Assembly (NCBI GenBank): GCA_025594325.1
Contig: JANHCV010000001.1
Span: 2,356,001-2,420,000, forward strand
Direction of reading: 5' to 3'
Length of the DNA stretch: 64,000 nucleotides
DNA from: Blastocladiella emersonii ATCC 22665
Lineage: Eukaryota > Fungi > Blastocladiomycota
Shown: positions 1 to 11,707 of the stretch, in pieces
Numbering within the stretch: the first letter of the stretch is position 1
Layout of the letters: the number at the start of each line of letters is the position of its first letter
The notes under the pieces: model-generated
Databases searched by the model: none
What the model saw: the letters and a program-made list of their open reading frames with translations, nothing else
What the model was told of the DNA's origin: nothing
Made by a program: the position numbers and the translations under genes

Positions 1-530
1 TCCGAGGCCCATCTTCACTGGGCTTTCCGTTTCTCACGCCGGGCTCGCTCTGGCCGTAATTCTCTCGGCCGACCGCGACGGGCGAGACGCGCGCGCGCGA
101 GTGGAACGGTCGAGTTCACGCTCACGCGTGTCCTCCTGGAACCGCTCCATCACCCATGCATCGGACAACCGCTACATGTTGTTAACTACGCGAGCAGGAC
201 CTCGCGCAATACCCTGACCTGTGGCGCCCCGCTCGGAAACCCGGCCTGCCCCACCCGCGTCGCGTGCCCGGCCTCGGCCCATGACTCGGCGTTCGGGGAA
301 ACCGCGATTTCCTCGGCACATGTATCGAACCTCGCACTCTACCTGTCAACCCTCGGCCACCACACCCTCCCGCGCCATCTAGCGCGTGCACGTGCCCCGT
401 CGAGCACGCTGTCGACCACGTCTCCGCACCGTCCTCGCCACCTCCTCGCGCGCCGCAACCCCGTCGTTCCACCGTCGCGCCGCCGCACCACCCGCTCGAC
501 TGCCCGCTCCCGCTCGCGACCGCGCCCGTC

Positions 531-2091
531 ATGGCGCCGGACTCTCGAAGCGAGCTGCGGGTCCCCTTGCTCATCGCATGGAACGTGCTCGCGCTCGGGT
601 CGCTGCTGGCCTTCACCTACCTCGCCTACGGCCTGCGCGAAGATGTGATCGTGCGGCGCATGCCGCACCTCATGATCGTGTGCAGCGTCGCGCTCATCTT
701 CCTCGTCAACTGCGGGATCCAGACCCTGTTCGCACACCCCGACGCGCCCGCGCTCAACGACAACCTGACCCGGTTTATCGCCATCGCGTTTGGCATCCCG
801 CTCTGGATTGTACGTCGCGGACCCGCCGCCGCCGCCGCGCGTCGTCGCCGGTCGCATACTCATATCCACTCGTCGTGTAGTGCGCCTACCTCCTGCGCGC
901 CTTTGTGCTCCTCGCCGACCACTTTCTGAACGTGCAGCTGCTCCACGAGTCGTCGACCAACGAGTCGTTTGACTGGCGGATCCACCTCAACTGGAGCGAG
1001 CGGCTGTGCGTGCGCATGCACTGGTGGAGCTTCCCCTTCTTCTTCCGCGAGGAGGACATTGTCTCGGGCCGGTGGTACCGCGGCATGGCGATCCCCGTGT
1101 GCATCTTCGCGACACTCGTCTTCTCGGGCCTCGTCCTCGCGCCGCTCGGCCTGCTGTGGGGCGAGTGCTTCACGCCGGCCAAGGGCGGGTTCCCCGCGTG
1201 CATGTGGGACGGCAAGTACTCGAACCTGTACACGATGCCGTTGCTGCTGGTCATGGTCGGGTGGACGCTGTTCATGGCCTTCATCCTCGTCGTCCTCACC
1301 CGCGTCAAGGACCAGCTGTACCTCCGCATGGAGCTGACCGCGCAGTTCCTCCTCGTCATCACCATGTTCGCCGTCGGGTTCGGCATCCAGCTCGCGCCGA
1401 TCAAAGACCCGTCCGTCGACCCGGGCACCGCCACGGTCCTCGCTGTCATCGCGTGCGTCTTCCTCATCGCCATCACGTTCCCCGTCGCGGCGTGGGGCAT
1501 CCAGCGGATACGAACGCTCGTGACGGGCGGCGCGCAGCCCATGCAGCACACGACCGAGTCGTTCCAGCGATTGCTCGCGGTGCGTCTACATCCGACCTTG
1601 CCGCGTGCGTGGCGACGGGCTGACACTCTCGCCCGCGTGTAGGACAAGGAGCTGTTCGCGCAGTTCAAGAAAGTGCTCGCCGAGCACTTCAGTCTCGAGA
1701 ACGGCCTGTTCTGGTACGTCGCCACGGTCGCCCGGGTACTCGTGTGTGCTCCAACTGACGATGCGCGCGCTAATGTAGGGACGACTTTCGGGAAGTCGAA
1801 GTGCTGGTGTCGACGAAAAAGGGCGACGACGGGATCAAGGCCGCGCTCAACAAGCTGTACCTGCTGTACGTGCCGCCGGGGGCGCCGCGCGAGCTCAACC
1901 TGATGAGCAGCACGCGCGAGTCGGTGATCCGCGACTTCAATGGCGGGCGGCTGTCGCTGCGGTCGTTCGAGCCCGTCAAGAAGGAGGTGTTCGACATGAT
2001 GTACTCGCACTCGCTCCCGCAGTTCCTGCAGCAGTACCGCGCAAGGAACGGGAGTCTCGCTGCGGCGCCGACCACGGCGCACCTCGTCTAA
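531..2091 (+). CDS. 7TM membrane protein with C-terminal RGS domain (GprK/RGS1-like architecture); 4 exons: 531-809, 881-1579, 1643-1713, 1779-2091
   Basis: Seven hydrophobic segments across exons 1-2, then RGS motifs FKKVLAEHFSLENGLFW, YVPPGAPRELNL, FEPVKKEVFDMMYSHSLPQFL. All three introns are GT..AG and keep frame. Confidence 0.88.
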
Positions 2092-2588
2092 ACCTTCTTC
2101 CCGTCTTCCATTTTGTCCACGCCCTCCCCCTACCCTGCCTTTCTCCCGTCTCTCTGCGTCCAGTATCTGTATCATAACTCCTTGTTTCCATGAATCGCTG
2201 GCAGCGGCAAGAGCAGGAGTGAGCGGACCCTGCGAGCGACTGTGGGACAAAAGTCGGAGCGCCCTGTGCATTGCGCCACTCCACTTGGGTCACCTGATGC
2301 GAAAACGCCACACCCTCGAGCCTGCCGTTACGTCGGCCGATCGCCGCTTGAAGCGCTACCCCTCCGTACCACACGCAAGAGTCAGTACCTCACATGTAAC
2401 AAACGACGCAAACCGAGCGAGCGAGCGAACACCGCCGTCGCAGCGCATTTCCCGGCGGCCACGACGCCCGCGGTGACCGATCGCCCTGACGCCGCCACGC
2501 ACCAAACCGCCGTCGCCACGCCCGACCATCCACCCGCCAACGCCGCTACGCCGCTCGAACACCCCGCATTTTCGACGTTCCGTTCGCC

Positions 2589-2923
2589 GTAACGTCGAGG
2601 GCTGCATCAAAGACCCCTGCAGAAACTCTGCGCGTCCGTTTCGCTGCGGCGAGGTCGGCGGAATGGCCTCGGGGTGTCCTGGCGGACGCGGCACCGTGGC
2701 GGAGGTGGAGACTGTCGTTTCGCTGTCGGCGTGACGGAGGTGTCGTCCGTGTGCTGGTCGTCGCGGCGGTATCGTTGTCGTGGTCCTGCTCGAATTGCTC
2801 AATTTTGGTCACCGGGGAACTCTGCGCGGCCGGTCTGCTCGTTTGCCCGCTCGCTCGCCCGCTTTGCGTCTTGATCCCGCTGCAGAACGTGTCGCTGACT
2901 TGACGCCGATCCCGCCCTCGCAG
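2589..2923 (+). other. Putative 5'-UTR (leader) intron of RPL29
   Basis: Branch GCTGAC 2894-2899 and acceptor CAG 2921-2923 lie 22 nt before the ATG; the donor GTAACG at 2589 is a guess. Confidence 0.45.
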
Positions 2924-2945
2924 ACTTGTGTAACGAACCTCCAAA

Positions 2946-3201
2946 ATGGCCAAGTCGAAGAACCACACCAACCACAACCAGAACAAGAAGGCCCACCGCA
3001 ACGGTATCAAGAAGGTCAAGACCCACTCGCACCGTTCGTCCAAGGGTGTCGACCCCAAGTTCCTCCGCAACCAGCGTTTCGCTAAGCGCGGTACCCTCGT
3101 ACGTTTGGCTGCTGTCGCTGCGATGCTGGGACAGGACGCGACGCTGACCTGTTCTCGTTGTCCGCCGCTGCTAGGCCGCCAACAAGGCCAAGAAGGAGTA
3201 A
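2946..3201 (+). CDS. RPL29: 60S ribosomal protein L29 (eL29); exons 2946-3098, 3175-3201
   Basis: [23 protein letters not shown]...[15 protein letters not shown]; intron GTACGT..CTAG; spliced end AANKAKKE*. Confidence 0.97.
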
Positions 3202-3684
3202 GGTCGTCCGCGACAAGGCTCTGGTCTGCCAGGTTGTCTTCTGATTTGCCTGAATGGAACGATTCTGTTGACCTGGCCCCTCATCAATCCTTGCTGCTGT
3301 CCGACGCGTGTTTGCAGTCCCCCCACGGGACCACGGTCGTGGCCATGGCCGCGGTGACCCCGCTGCTCGAGACGCTGGCGCCGTCGAGATCACTACTGCA
3401 GTGCACTCCGCGCGCTTCAACGTCGCGCGACTTTGAACTGGACCATGTCGAACTTTAAACTGTACCATAAACCACCTCATTCTGCTAAAAATTAAAGCTG
3501 GACAGCGCGGCAACGGTCCACGTGCCGTGTGTGAGTTGAGTCGCACGCAGCCGAGCGACCGTCGTGCGCCGGGTCGGCGGGTGGCTGGGCGGCGCGGTGC
3601 TGAGCAAGGCCTCGCCGCCGCGAAGGGGTTCCCTTGCGAACGCGCAGTTTTTTCAACGTAACACTTGACGCATTCCCCAGCACG

Positions 3685-4243
3685 ATGCCCAAGAACAAGG
3701 GAAAGGGTGGCAAGACTCGCCGGAGGGGAAAGAACGAGGGCGACGGCGTCAAGCGTGAGCTCGTCTTCAAGGAGGACGGCCAGGGTACGGCTCGCTTCGC
3801 ACAACGTCGCTCGTGCCTCGACCTACGACTGATCCCGTCTCCGCCCTGCCGCACCCGTCTAGAGTACGCCCAGGTCCTCAAGATGCTCGGCAACGGCCGC
3901 CTCGAGGCGCAGTGCTTTGACGGCATCAAGCGCCTCGGCACGATCCGCGGCAAGATGCGCAAGAAGGTGTGGATCAACGTCGGCGACATTGTCCTGATCG
4001 GCCTGCGCGAGTTCCAGGACGAGAAGTGCGACGTGATCCTCAAGTACTCGGCCGACGAGGCCCGCAACCTCAAGGCGTACGGCGAGCTCCCCGACACGGC
4101 CAAGATCAACGAGACGGACGGGCCCGAGGAGGGCGACGATATCGACTTCGAGTTCGACGTCGACGAGGTACGGTGTTCGCGGCGTGGCTCGGTTGCGGGG
4201 ACCCGGACTAACTTGCACTCCTCCTCGTCACTTCTAGATCTAA
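3685..4243 (+). CDS. TIF11: Translation initiation factor eIF1A; exons 3685-3784, 3863-4167, 4238-4243
   Basis: [10 protein letters not shown]..., [41 protein letters not shown], acidic tail ending DVDEI*. Confidence 0.97.
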
Positions 4244-4465
4244 ATCGACCTCTTCTCTCGCTCCAGCGCGCGCACCGCGTCGCGGCCGAGTCGGCAACGA
4301 CTTGTCCGTCGCGCGGGTGCCCCGGTTGTTGTCACCGTTTTGTAATAGGGATACATGTTCCAACACAGACGGACCCCCCTCTCGCCTCTCTGGTGCCTCG
4401 CCGTACGCTCGGGGTCAAAAATGATCAGCTATGTATTGAGATGTATGGTGCGCCCCTCGACCCGA

Positions 4466-6865
4466 CTAGTGCGCGTGCGGGTGCGCATGGGAATGCGAGT
4501 GACTGTGGCCATGGTCGTGGCCGTGCGAGCAGCTGCCGTGGTCGTGGTGGTGGTGATGATGATGACCATGGCCATGGCCATGGCCGTGACCATGATCGTG
4601 CGCGTGGTGGTGATGGTGGTGATCGTGCCCTGCCGCTGCTCCGACAGGCACGAACCCGGCCGCCGCCGCGACGGCCGCGGGCGCCGCGTACGCCAGCTGC
4701 TGCTGGGGCGCGTACGCTCCCACGGCGCCGGTCGGGTACACAAACTCGATGGTGACCTTGTTGATCCCGCGGGCAGCGAGCGCGCCGCGCGCCGCGTCGA
4801 GGTACATCTGCTCGTCGACGTTGGGCGGTGGTGGTGCGGCGAGGGAGATGCGGAAGGCGGCGTGGATATCGCTTCCGCCGTCGTTGCTCCAGATGCGGTG
4901 GTCGATGTGGGTGGCGTTGCCCGCGAGGGCGCGGCGCAGGTCGTCGTGGATGCCGGGCAGCGCGTTGGCGAACCGGCGTGGGACCGTGTTCATGAGGACC
5001 GACAACGAGTAGGAGAGGAGCGGGATGGTCGATGCGAAGATGAGGATGGCGATGAGCAGCGACGCGAGCGGGTCGAACCCGGTCCACCCGAACTGGTAGA
5101 TGAGCAGCGTCGAGATGATCACGCCCACGGACCCGAGCGCGTCGGCGAGGATGTGCAGGAACACGCCCTGCATGTTGGCGTTGTCGTGGTGGTGGTCGCA
5201 CCCGCCGCCATCGCCGCCGCCATGGCCGTGGTGGTGGTGGTCGTGGAACGAGAAGAGACCGACCATGTTGACGGCGAACCCGACCGTGGCCACGATCAGC
5301 AGCCGCTCCGTGTTCATCTCGGGCGGGTGGATGACGCGCTCGATGCCCTCGATCAGAATGTACAGCGAGATGAACACGAGGAAGATGCCGTTGCCGAACC
5401 CGGACAGCGTCTCGACGCGGTTGTACCCGAAGGTGAAGGTGGAGCTGGCGCCCCACTTGGCCATGAGGGCGGCAAACAGGCCGACGGCGAGCGCGATGCA
5501 GTCAAAGAACATGTGGATCGCGTCCGAGATGAGCCCGAGCGAGTTGGTCCACACCCCGTAGGCCAGCTGCACGAACATGTAGCTGAGGTTGATGCACAGG
5601 AAGATGAAGATGGACCGCGAGTCCTTGCTCTCCCAGATGGGCTTCACGTAGTTGCGCCAGTACACGCCGAGCCCGTGGCGCTGCGCGCCGCCGCCGCCGC
5701 CGGGCCCCATGGCGAGCGCGCCGCCGAGCAGCGACGAGGTGCCCGCGAGCCCAGCCCCGCCGCCCGCGGGCGCCCACGCGGCGGCGAGGACGTGCGGGGC
5801 GCTCTTGGTCAGCGAGTCGATGGCCGAGTAGAAAAGCACGGCGCCGGCGATCTCGAACAGGGTCGGGAAGCGGTGGAAGGCGGCGAGCCCCGCGGCGCAC
5901 GCGACGGCGGTGCGCCACCCGTGGGTCGCGATGCGCTGCAGCGGGGCGCCCTGGACCATGGCCGAGTGGTTGCCGAGCGCGTCGAGCGCGACGAGGGTGG
6001 TGCCGAGGAGCACCATCCACAGGGTCAGGTGGGCGAGCGTGTGCGACTCGAGCGCGGTGCTCGAGTGGCCGAACAGCGCGTAGGGGACGACCGACATGGC
6101 GCACGCGAGCGGCGTCGAGGCGGCGAACAGCGACAGGTTGTCGTGCGAGGCGGCGTCGTTGCCCGCGACGAGCGTCTGCTTGACGCGCGCCTGCAGGATC
6201 GCGGTGACGATGGCGCACCCAATGAAGGTCCACGCGGCCGCGGTGAAGGAGACCTCGGCGGAGGTGAAGCCGAAGTCGTTGGCGAACTCGAGCGCGACGG
6301 CGCCCAGCAGCGCGAGCGTGCCGAGGTGCTTGGCGCGCGTCTGGTCGCTGCGGCCCTTGGTCTCGGCGAGCACGGTCGGCAGCCAGAGGCCGACGTACTC
6401 GGTGAACATGAGCACGCTACACGATGTGTGAGATGGGATCGAGGGCGTGTACGGCGAGTGGGGGAAGCACGCACCGCAGGACCGAGGCATGCTTGGTGGC
6501 CTCGAGCGTGAACCACAGGCGCAGCCAGGAGAAGAAGGCGAAGGTGAGCAGCTTGGGCCACTGCTGGCGCGAGACGCGGGTCCACGGGAAGCGGGCGACG
6601 GCGGCGGCGATGAGCGAGGCGACGGTCAGGGCCCAGAAGACGAGCCCCGCGACCGAGAACGAGTACTCGCGGATCAGGTCCTGCGCCGTGACGAGGCCCA
6701 GCACCTTGGCGGCCTTGGCGACGTGCAGCCACACCAGGGACGGATTCCTTGGCAGCTTGCGCGATGACCTGCGGGGCGATGGCCGTAGCGGCAGGGGCGG
6801 TCAGGGCGCTGCGGGTCGCTCGGCGGGGCGTTGATTGCATGACATGGTAGGGACCTGTGATTCAT
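4466..6865 (-). CDS. CDF zinc transporter, ZnT5/Msc2/Cis4-like, with extra N-terminal TM domain and His-rich tail; introns 6417-6474 and probably 6769-6854
   Basis: CDF motifs [46 protein letters not shown]; His-rich loop; C-terminal His-rich tail. The start exon (MNHR, donor GTCCCT) is less certain. Confidence 0.88.
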
Positions 6866-7067
6866 GGTGGCGTTGGGCGAGAGCGTTGAAGAGGAGGGAG
6901 AGAGGGGGGATTCGGCAAAAGAGCGACTGCAGATCCCGGCCCAAAACGTGTCGCGCGACTCGGGGCGGTGTGGCGCGCGACGCTGCACGCAACGTGAGCG
7001 CGCTGAAAGCCGAAATCCGGGCGGATCCCGCATCAGCTGAGCGCACGCGGCGTTTCCGACGCGTGGT

Positions 7068-7084
7068 GAGACGCGTTGCGCCGA
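7068..7084 (+). promoter_or_regulatory. Shared promoter motif GAGACGCGTTGCGCCGA (ZnT/DENN divergent promoter)
   Basis: Identical 17-mer at 16120-16136; 13-mer at 40641-40653. Confidence 0.55.
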
Positions 7085-7283
7085 GTCTCCAATGTCTCCA
7101 CGCTCGCCCGCGCCCGTGCAACGCCGCGATTCTCTGCAACGCTGTGTGTGGGACAGCCCCTCGCCCTCTCGCACAACACCTTGACTGAATGAAACTTGAT
7201 GGATTTGCTCGCGACTTGACTCCACACCACCGACTGCCTGAACCGCGCCACCCTTGCGCCACTCCGCACATCCACCACGCACC

Positions 7284-10200
7284 ATGGCCGCCGCGCCCGA
7301 CGCCGCCGCCTCCGGTGGGCCGCCGCGCCTGCGGCTCGTCGAGCAGTTCGTCCAGATCGGCTTCCCGCGCGACGGCGCCAGCCTCGTCCGCCTGCGCGTC
7401 CCGCCGCGGTGGACCGCCGAGGAGATGCGGATCCGCGTCCTCAACGCCGACCCGGGACCCGACTCGGGCGCCACCGCATGGTCCAACCTGCCCACGTCGC
7501 CCGAACCCGACGGCGCCCCAAGCCAGGCCACGCTGCGCGGGCACTTGCGCGCCGAGTCGTCGGCTACGACGTCGGCTGGACCGGGCATGACCGAGGGGCC
7601 CGTCACGGAGGCCGTCGTCACGCCGGCTGCTGCCGCGCCGCTCCTCATCACCCCGGACGCAGCCGAGCCGCCACTCGTCGCAGGAGACGACGCTGCGGGC
7701 ACAATTCGCGCGCGCCGGCCGTCGTCGGGGCTCGCACCGGTCGAGGTCGCCGCGTGCGTCCCGCTGCCGCCATCGCCGGCTCCCTCGGTGCTTCCCGGGC
7801 CTCCGACCACCGTGCAGGACCCGCCACCGGCTGAGGTCGCCCCGGCCGCGACCGAGCCTTCGGTGGCCGGCACGATTACCGGCCCTGAGCCAGCGAAACC
7901 ACAACCAGACGATGCCGCCGCACCACCGCCACCACGGACTGCTGAACCGACGGCCACGCAAGCTGCTGCTGAGCCACCCGCGGCGCAGGATGCGGCACCG
8001 ACCTCCCCTTCCGCACCGGCACCATCGTCCCCCTCCCTCCCCGAACCGTCCGCGCGAGCCGTCAACAAGAAGACGCCGCACCCCGTCGAGTACTCGTACC
8101 TGGCCTCGATCGTCGACAGCTACCCGGCGCTCTCTACCGAGCAGCTGCAGAACGACTACCTCCAGCACCTCCCGCTCTTTGCCTTCCCCGACCACATGCG
8201 CATCGTTGAGAGCCCCGGCGCGCCGCCGCCGACGACCAACCACTCGTTCGTACGTTACCCTCCGCGCCCCCGCTCGACACAAACGAACTGACCCTGGGGC
8301 GCGTTTAGGTCATCACGAAAGAGGACGGGACCAAGCTGCACTGCGTCGCGCTGACCTTCTGGGAGAAGCCGACGGGCCAGCTGGCGCTTGCGCTCAAGTA
8401 CCACTGCCGCGCCTGGTACGTCAAGAACATCAACGAGAGCGACCTCGAGTACCTGCACCACGTGCGCAAGCAGATCCAGGAGCAAAGGTCGCTGCTCGCG
8501 CACGGCGGCCTCGACCCGGACGAGCAGCACATAGTCGAGGACAAGCTGCGGTTGTTCACGGACCTCATGGCGCCCTTCACCACCAACGCGTGCGTCGACG
8601 TCGACGCCCTGTACGTGCCGCGCGCCCTGTGCCTGCTCTCGCCGTGGCCCGTCTACGACCTCATGGAGGACTACCTCAAGTGCGTCTTCTGGGGTATCTC
8701 CAACAACAACGGGTCGGCGCTCTCGCTCGACGCGTGCCTCATCAACCTCATCCACGAGGTCCCGATCCCGCCGCCCGGGAGAAAGGAGATTGCCATTCGC
8801 GCGCACTCGCACGACCTCTACTTTGCGCGGCCGGCCGTCAACGAGATCACGGCCATGAAGAATGTACGCTCGCTCGTGGGTTGTGGTCGTGATCGAGCCT
8901 GTGATGCTGACCTTTGCTCGTGTAGATCTCGTTCTACCCGCTGTTTCGCGCGCTGACTGTTGAGCAGGTCGTGTACCTTGTCGAATGGTACGACCCATGA
9001 CCGCAATCGGATAGACTGAGGCTGACGCACTCGCACCATGTAGCATGCTCAACGAGAAGCGGCTGCTGTTCGTGTCCAAGCACCTCGGCATGCTCAACTC
9101 GACCATCCAGGCCCTGATCCTATTCATGTTCCCGTTCGGCTGGTTCCATGTCGTGATTCCAGTCCTTCCCGTCAAGTACGCTTCGCAACCCTCACCCCGC
9201 CCTCCCGCCACTCACTCCCCACCGCCCGCCGTAGCCTACTCTCGTACATCGAGGCGCCCGTCCCGTACCTGATCGGGATCCACGCAGCGCACCTGTCGTG
9301 CCTCGAGACCCCGCTCGACGACATGGTGGTGGTGCACCTGGACGAGGGCACCGTGACCAGCACGCTCAAGGCCGCGCCCGTCCCGCTCCCGCCGCGCCGC
9401 CGCGGCAAGCTCCTCGCGCGCCTGCGCAGCAGCTGCCAGCTGTACGCGGCGGGCCCGCCGCTCCAGGTCGCCGAGAGCTTCCCGCTCGGCAAGCTGTGCT
9501 GCCGCACCACGGTCCCGACGGCCGCGGTCCCGCCGCACCAGCGCGGCCAGTTCTCGGCTGACCCGGACCTCGTGTCGCCCATCTCGCCCGGCGGCCACCA
9601 CCACGGAGCGGGCGGCGGTGGGACGCCGGGGAACGCGTCGCCCGCGTCGATCCAGTCGACGCCGTCGCTGTTCGGGCGCAATGGGTCAACCTTCTCGCTC
9701 GGCGACCGCTCTGGTGCGCCGCCGTCGCCCTCGGTGCACACGTTCGCGTCGACGACAACGACCGCCAACAACAACAACAGCCCGTCCTCGGCCTCGTCAC
9801 GCCTCGCGATGCTCCTGCGCCGCACGAGCCAGCCGCAGGCGCTCTCCCCGGCCGCCGTCGCCCCGCGGTCCGCGTCGTCCATCAAGTCGCCGTCGCTCGC
9901 GGACATGACGGCCACGACGTCGGCCGCGTCCAGCGTCATGGGCCAGCCGCTCCGCACGGCCTCGGGGTCGCCGCTCACGGGGATCCCGTCGCCCGGCGGC
10001 GGCGCGGCGTCGTCCAAGAAGATCATCGAGGGCCACGTCCTATCCGAGGTCCCGGCCACCGGCGCCCCGACGGCGGGGCTCCGGCGCGGCTCGTCGCCGC
10101 TGTCCCCCGGCCACGCGGCGGGCGCGTGCGACCAGTGCGGCAGCAGCGGGAGCGACGCTGCGGACGCGCGCCCCGTGTGGCGGTGCGAGGGGTGTGGGAT

Positions 10201-11530
10201 GTGCGTGCACGCGGGCGAGTGTTCAGCGCGGGTCCTGGTGTGGTGTCCCGCGGCGCTCGACGAGGCACGGATCCGGCGCGCGTGGCTCAAGTGCTGGGTG
10301 TCGCTGATGCGCGGGTACCGCGGGTACCTGATCGGCGGCGCGGCGCACGACGAGGCCAAGGCGAAGCAGCGGTGGCTCGCGGACGGGTGCGACGCGGACG
10401 CCCGGTGGTTCATGACGGCGTTCGCCGAGACGCAGGCGTTTGCGCAGTTTGTCCAGGACCGGTCGGCGTCGCCCTCCGACGCGTCGTCCTCGAGCGACGC
10501 GGACGCCGAGATCATCTTCTTCGACGAGGCCATCAAGGCGAAGCGCGGGAAACTCGCGTCGTTCACGCGCCCGTCGAGCGACGCCGCGGCCTTCTTCCGC
10601 GACACGGCCTTCGCCGTGGCCACGGTGCACCGGTGCGTGCTGCCCGTCGCGGGCGACCGCGCCATAGTCCACACCACGTTCCCGTACACGGACCCGGCGG
10701 CCGCCAACCACTTGCTCCCGCCGCGCCCGCTCGACCCGCTCATCACGCCGCAGGAGGAGCTCATGCTGTCGCTGTACACGGCCAAGATGATCCGGCAGGC
10801 GGCTGCGAAGCGGGCCACGGCGGCCACGGCAACAACGGCCGCGACCGGCGCGGGCGGGTCCAGCAGCGCGCTCGTCTCCGCGGCGGGCGGCCGGTGGAAC
10901 CCGAACGAGTGGTTCAAGCGGACGTCCGTATCCCTCGCGCTGAAGCCGGGCGGGCCCGCGACCCCGACCTCGTCGCTCCCGTCGCTCCTCGTGTCTCCGC
11001 AGAGCCGCTCCGCCTCGCTCGTCCCCGGCACGGCGGCCGCCGCCGCGTCGTCCATCGACGCACACTTATCCGCGGCATGGGAAACCCTGAAAGACCCCGG
11101 CTTCAGCTCGCCGCTCCGCTCGCGCGCCGAGTACGCCGCGCGGCACGCCGCCCTCGCACGGATCGCGGACACGCTGCACGGTCTGGTGGCCGCGACCGCC
11201 GACGAGCGCGACGTGGACGACGTGGTGCGAATCGCGGCGCACGTGGACCGGCGGCTGGCGGCGCTCGAGGCCGAGTTTCGGTCCGTGTTCGTCGACGCGG
11301 CGGTGCTCGACGATGTCGCGAAGCGGCCGCCGCCGCAGCTGTCGCTGCACGACCTGCCGTCGCTCGAGCTCGGGTTTGGGGAGGGCGAAGGGATGCTCGA
11401 GGCGGTCGTGGGCGGTAGTGGTGGTGGGGCGGCGACGGGCCCGTGGGCGTCCCGCACGTCGTCGTCGTCGGCGGTCACGGTTTCGGGCAAGGCCGCGGCG
11501 CGGGTCCCGGTCGGGACGCAGCTTGTGTGA
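7284..11530 (+). CDS. DENN-domain Rab GEF (uDENN-cDENN-C1-dDENN); exons 7284-8249, 8309-8863, 8926-8987, 9044-9175, 9235-11530
   Basis: LPLFAFPD, HSFVITKEDGTKLHCVALTFW, RALCLLSPWP, NEKRLLFVS, YIEAPVPYLIGI, FAETQAFAQFV; Cys/His C1-like motif CDQC..CEGCGMCVHAGEC..C. Confidence 0.88.
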
Positions 11531-11707
11531 CGATGGGACGCGTGTTTGTATACCGTAATTCTACTCAGGACTTTCTTCCTCACGAGAGATGCAGACGAGC
11601 GAGTTGAAACAAGCAGCAGCAGCACATGTTGGTGGGGGGTGGGGGGGATCAGAGACAAGACGAGAGGCGAAGCGCGAGCAACGCTAGGGGAGGAAGGAAA
11701 AAGGGAT

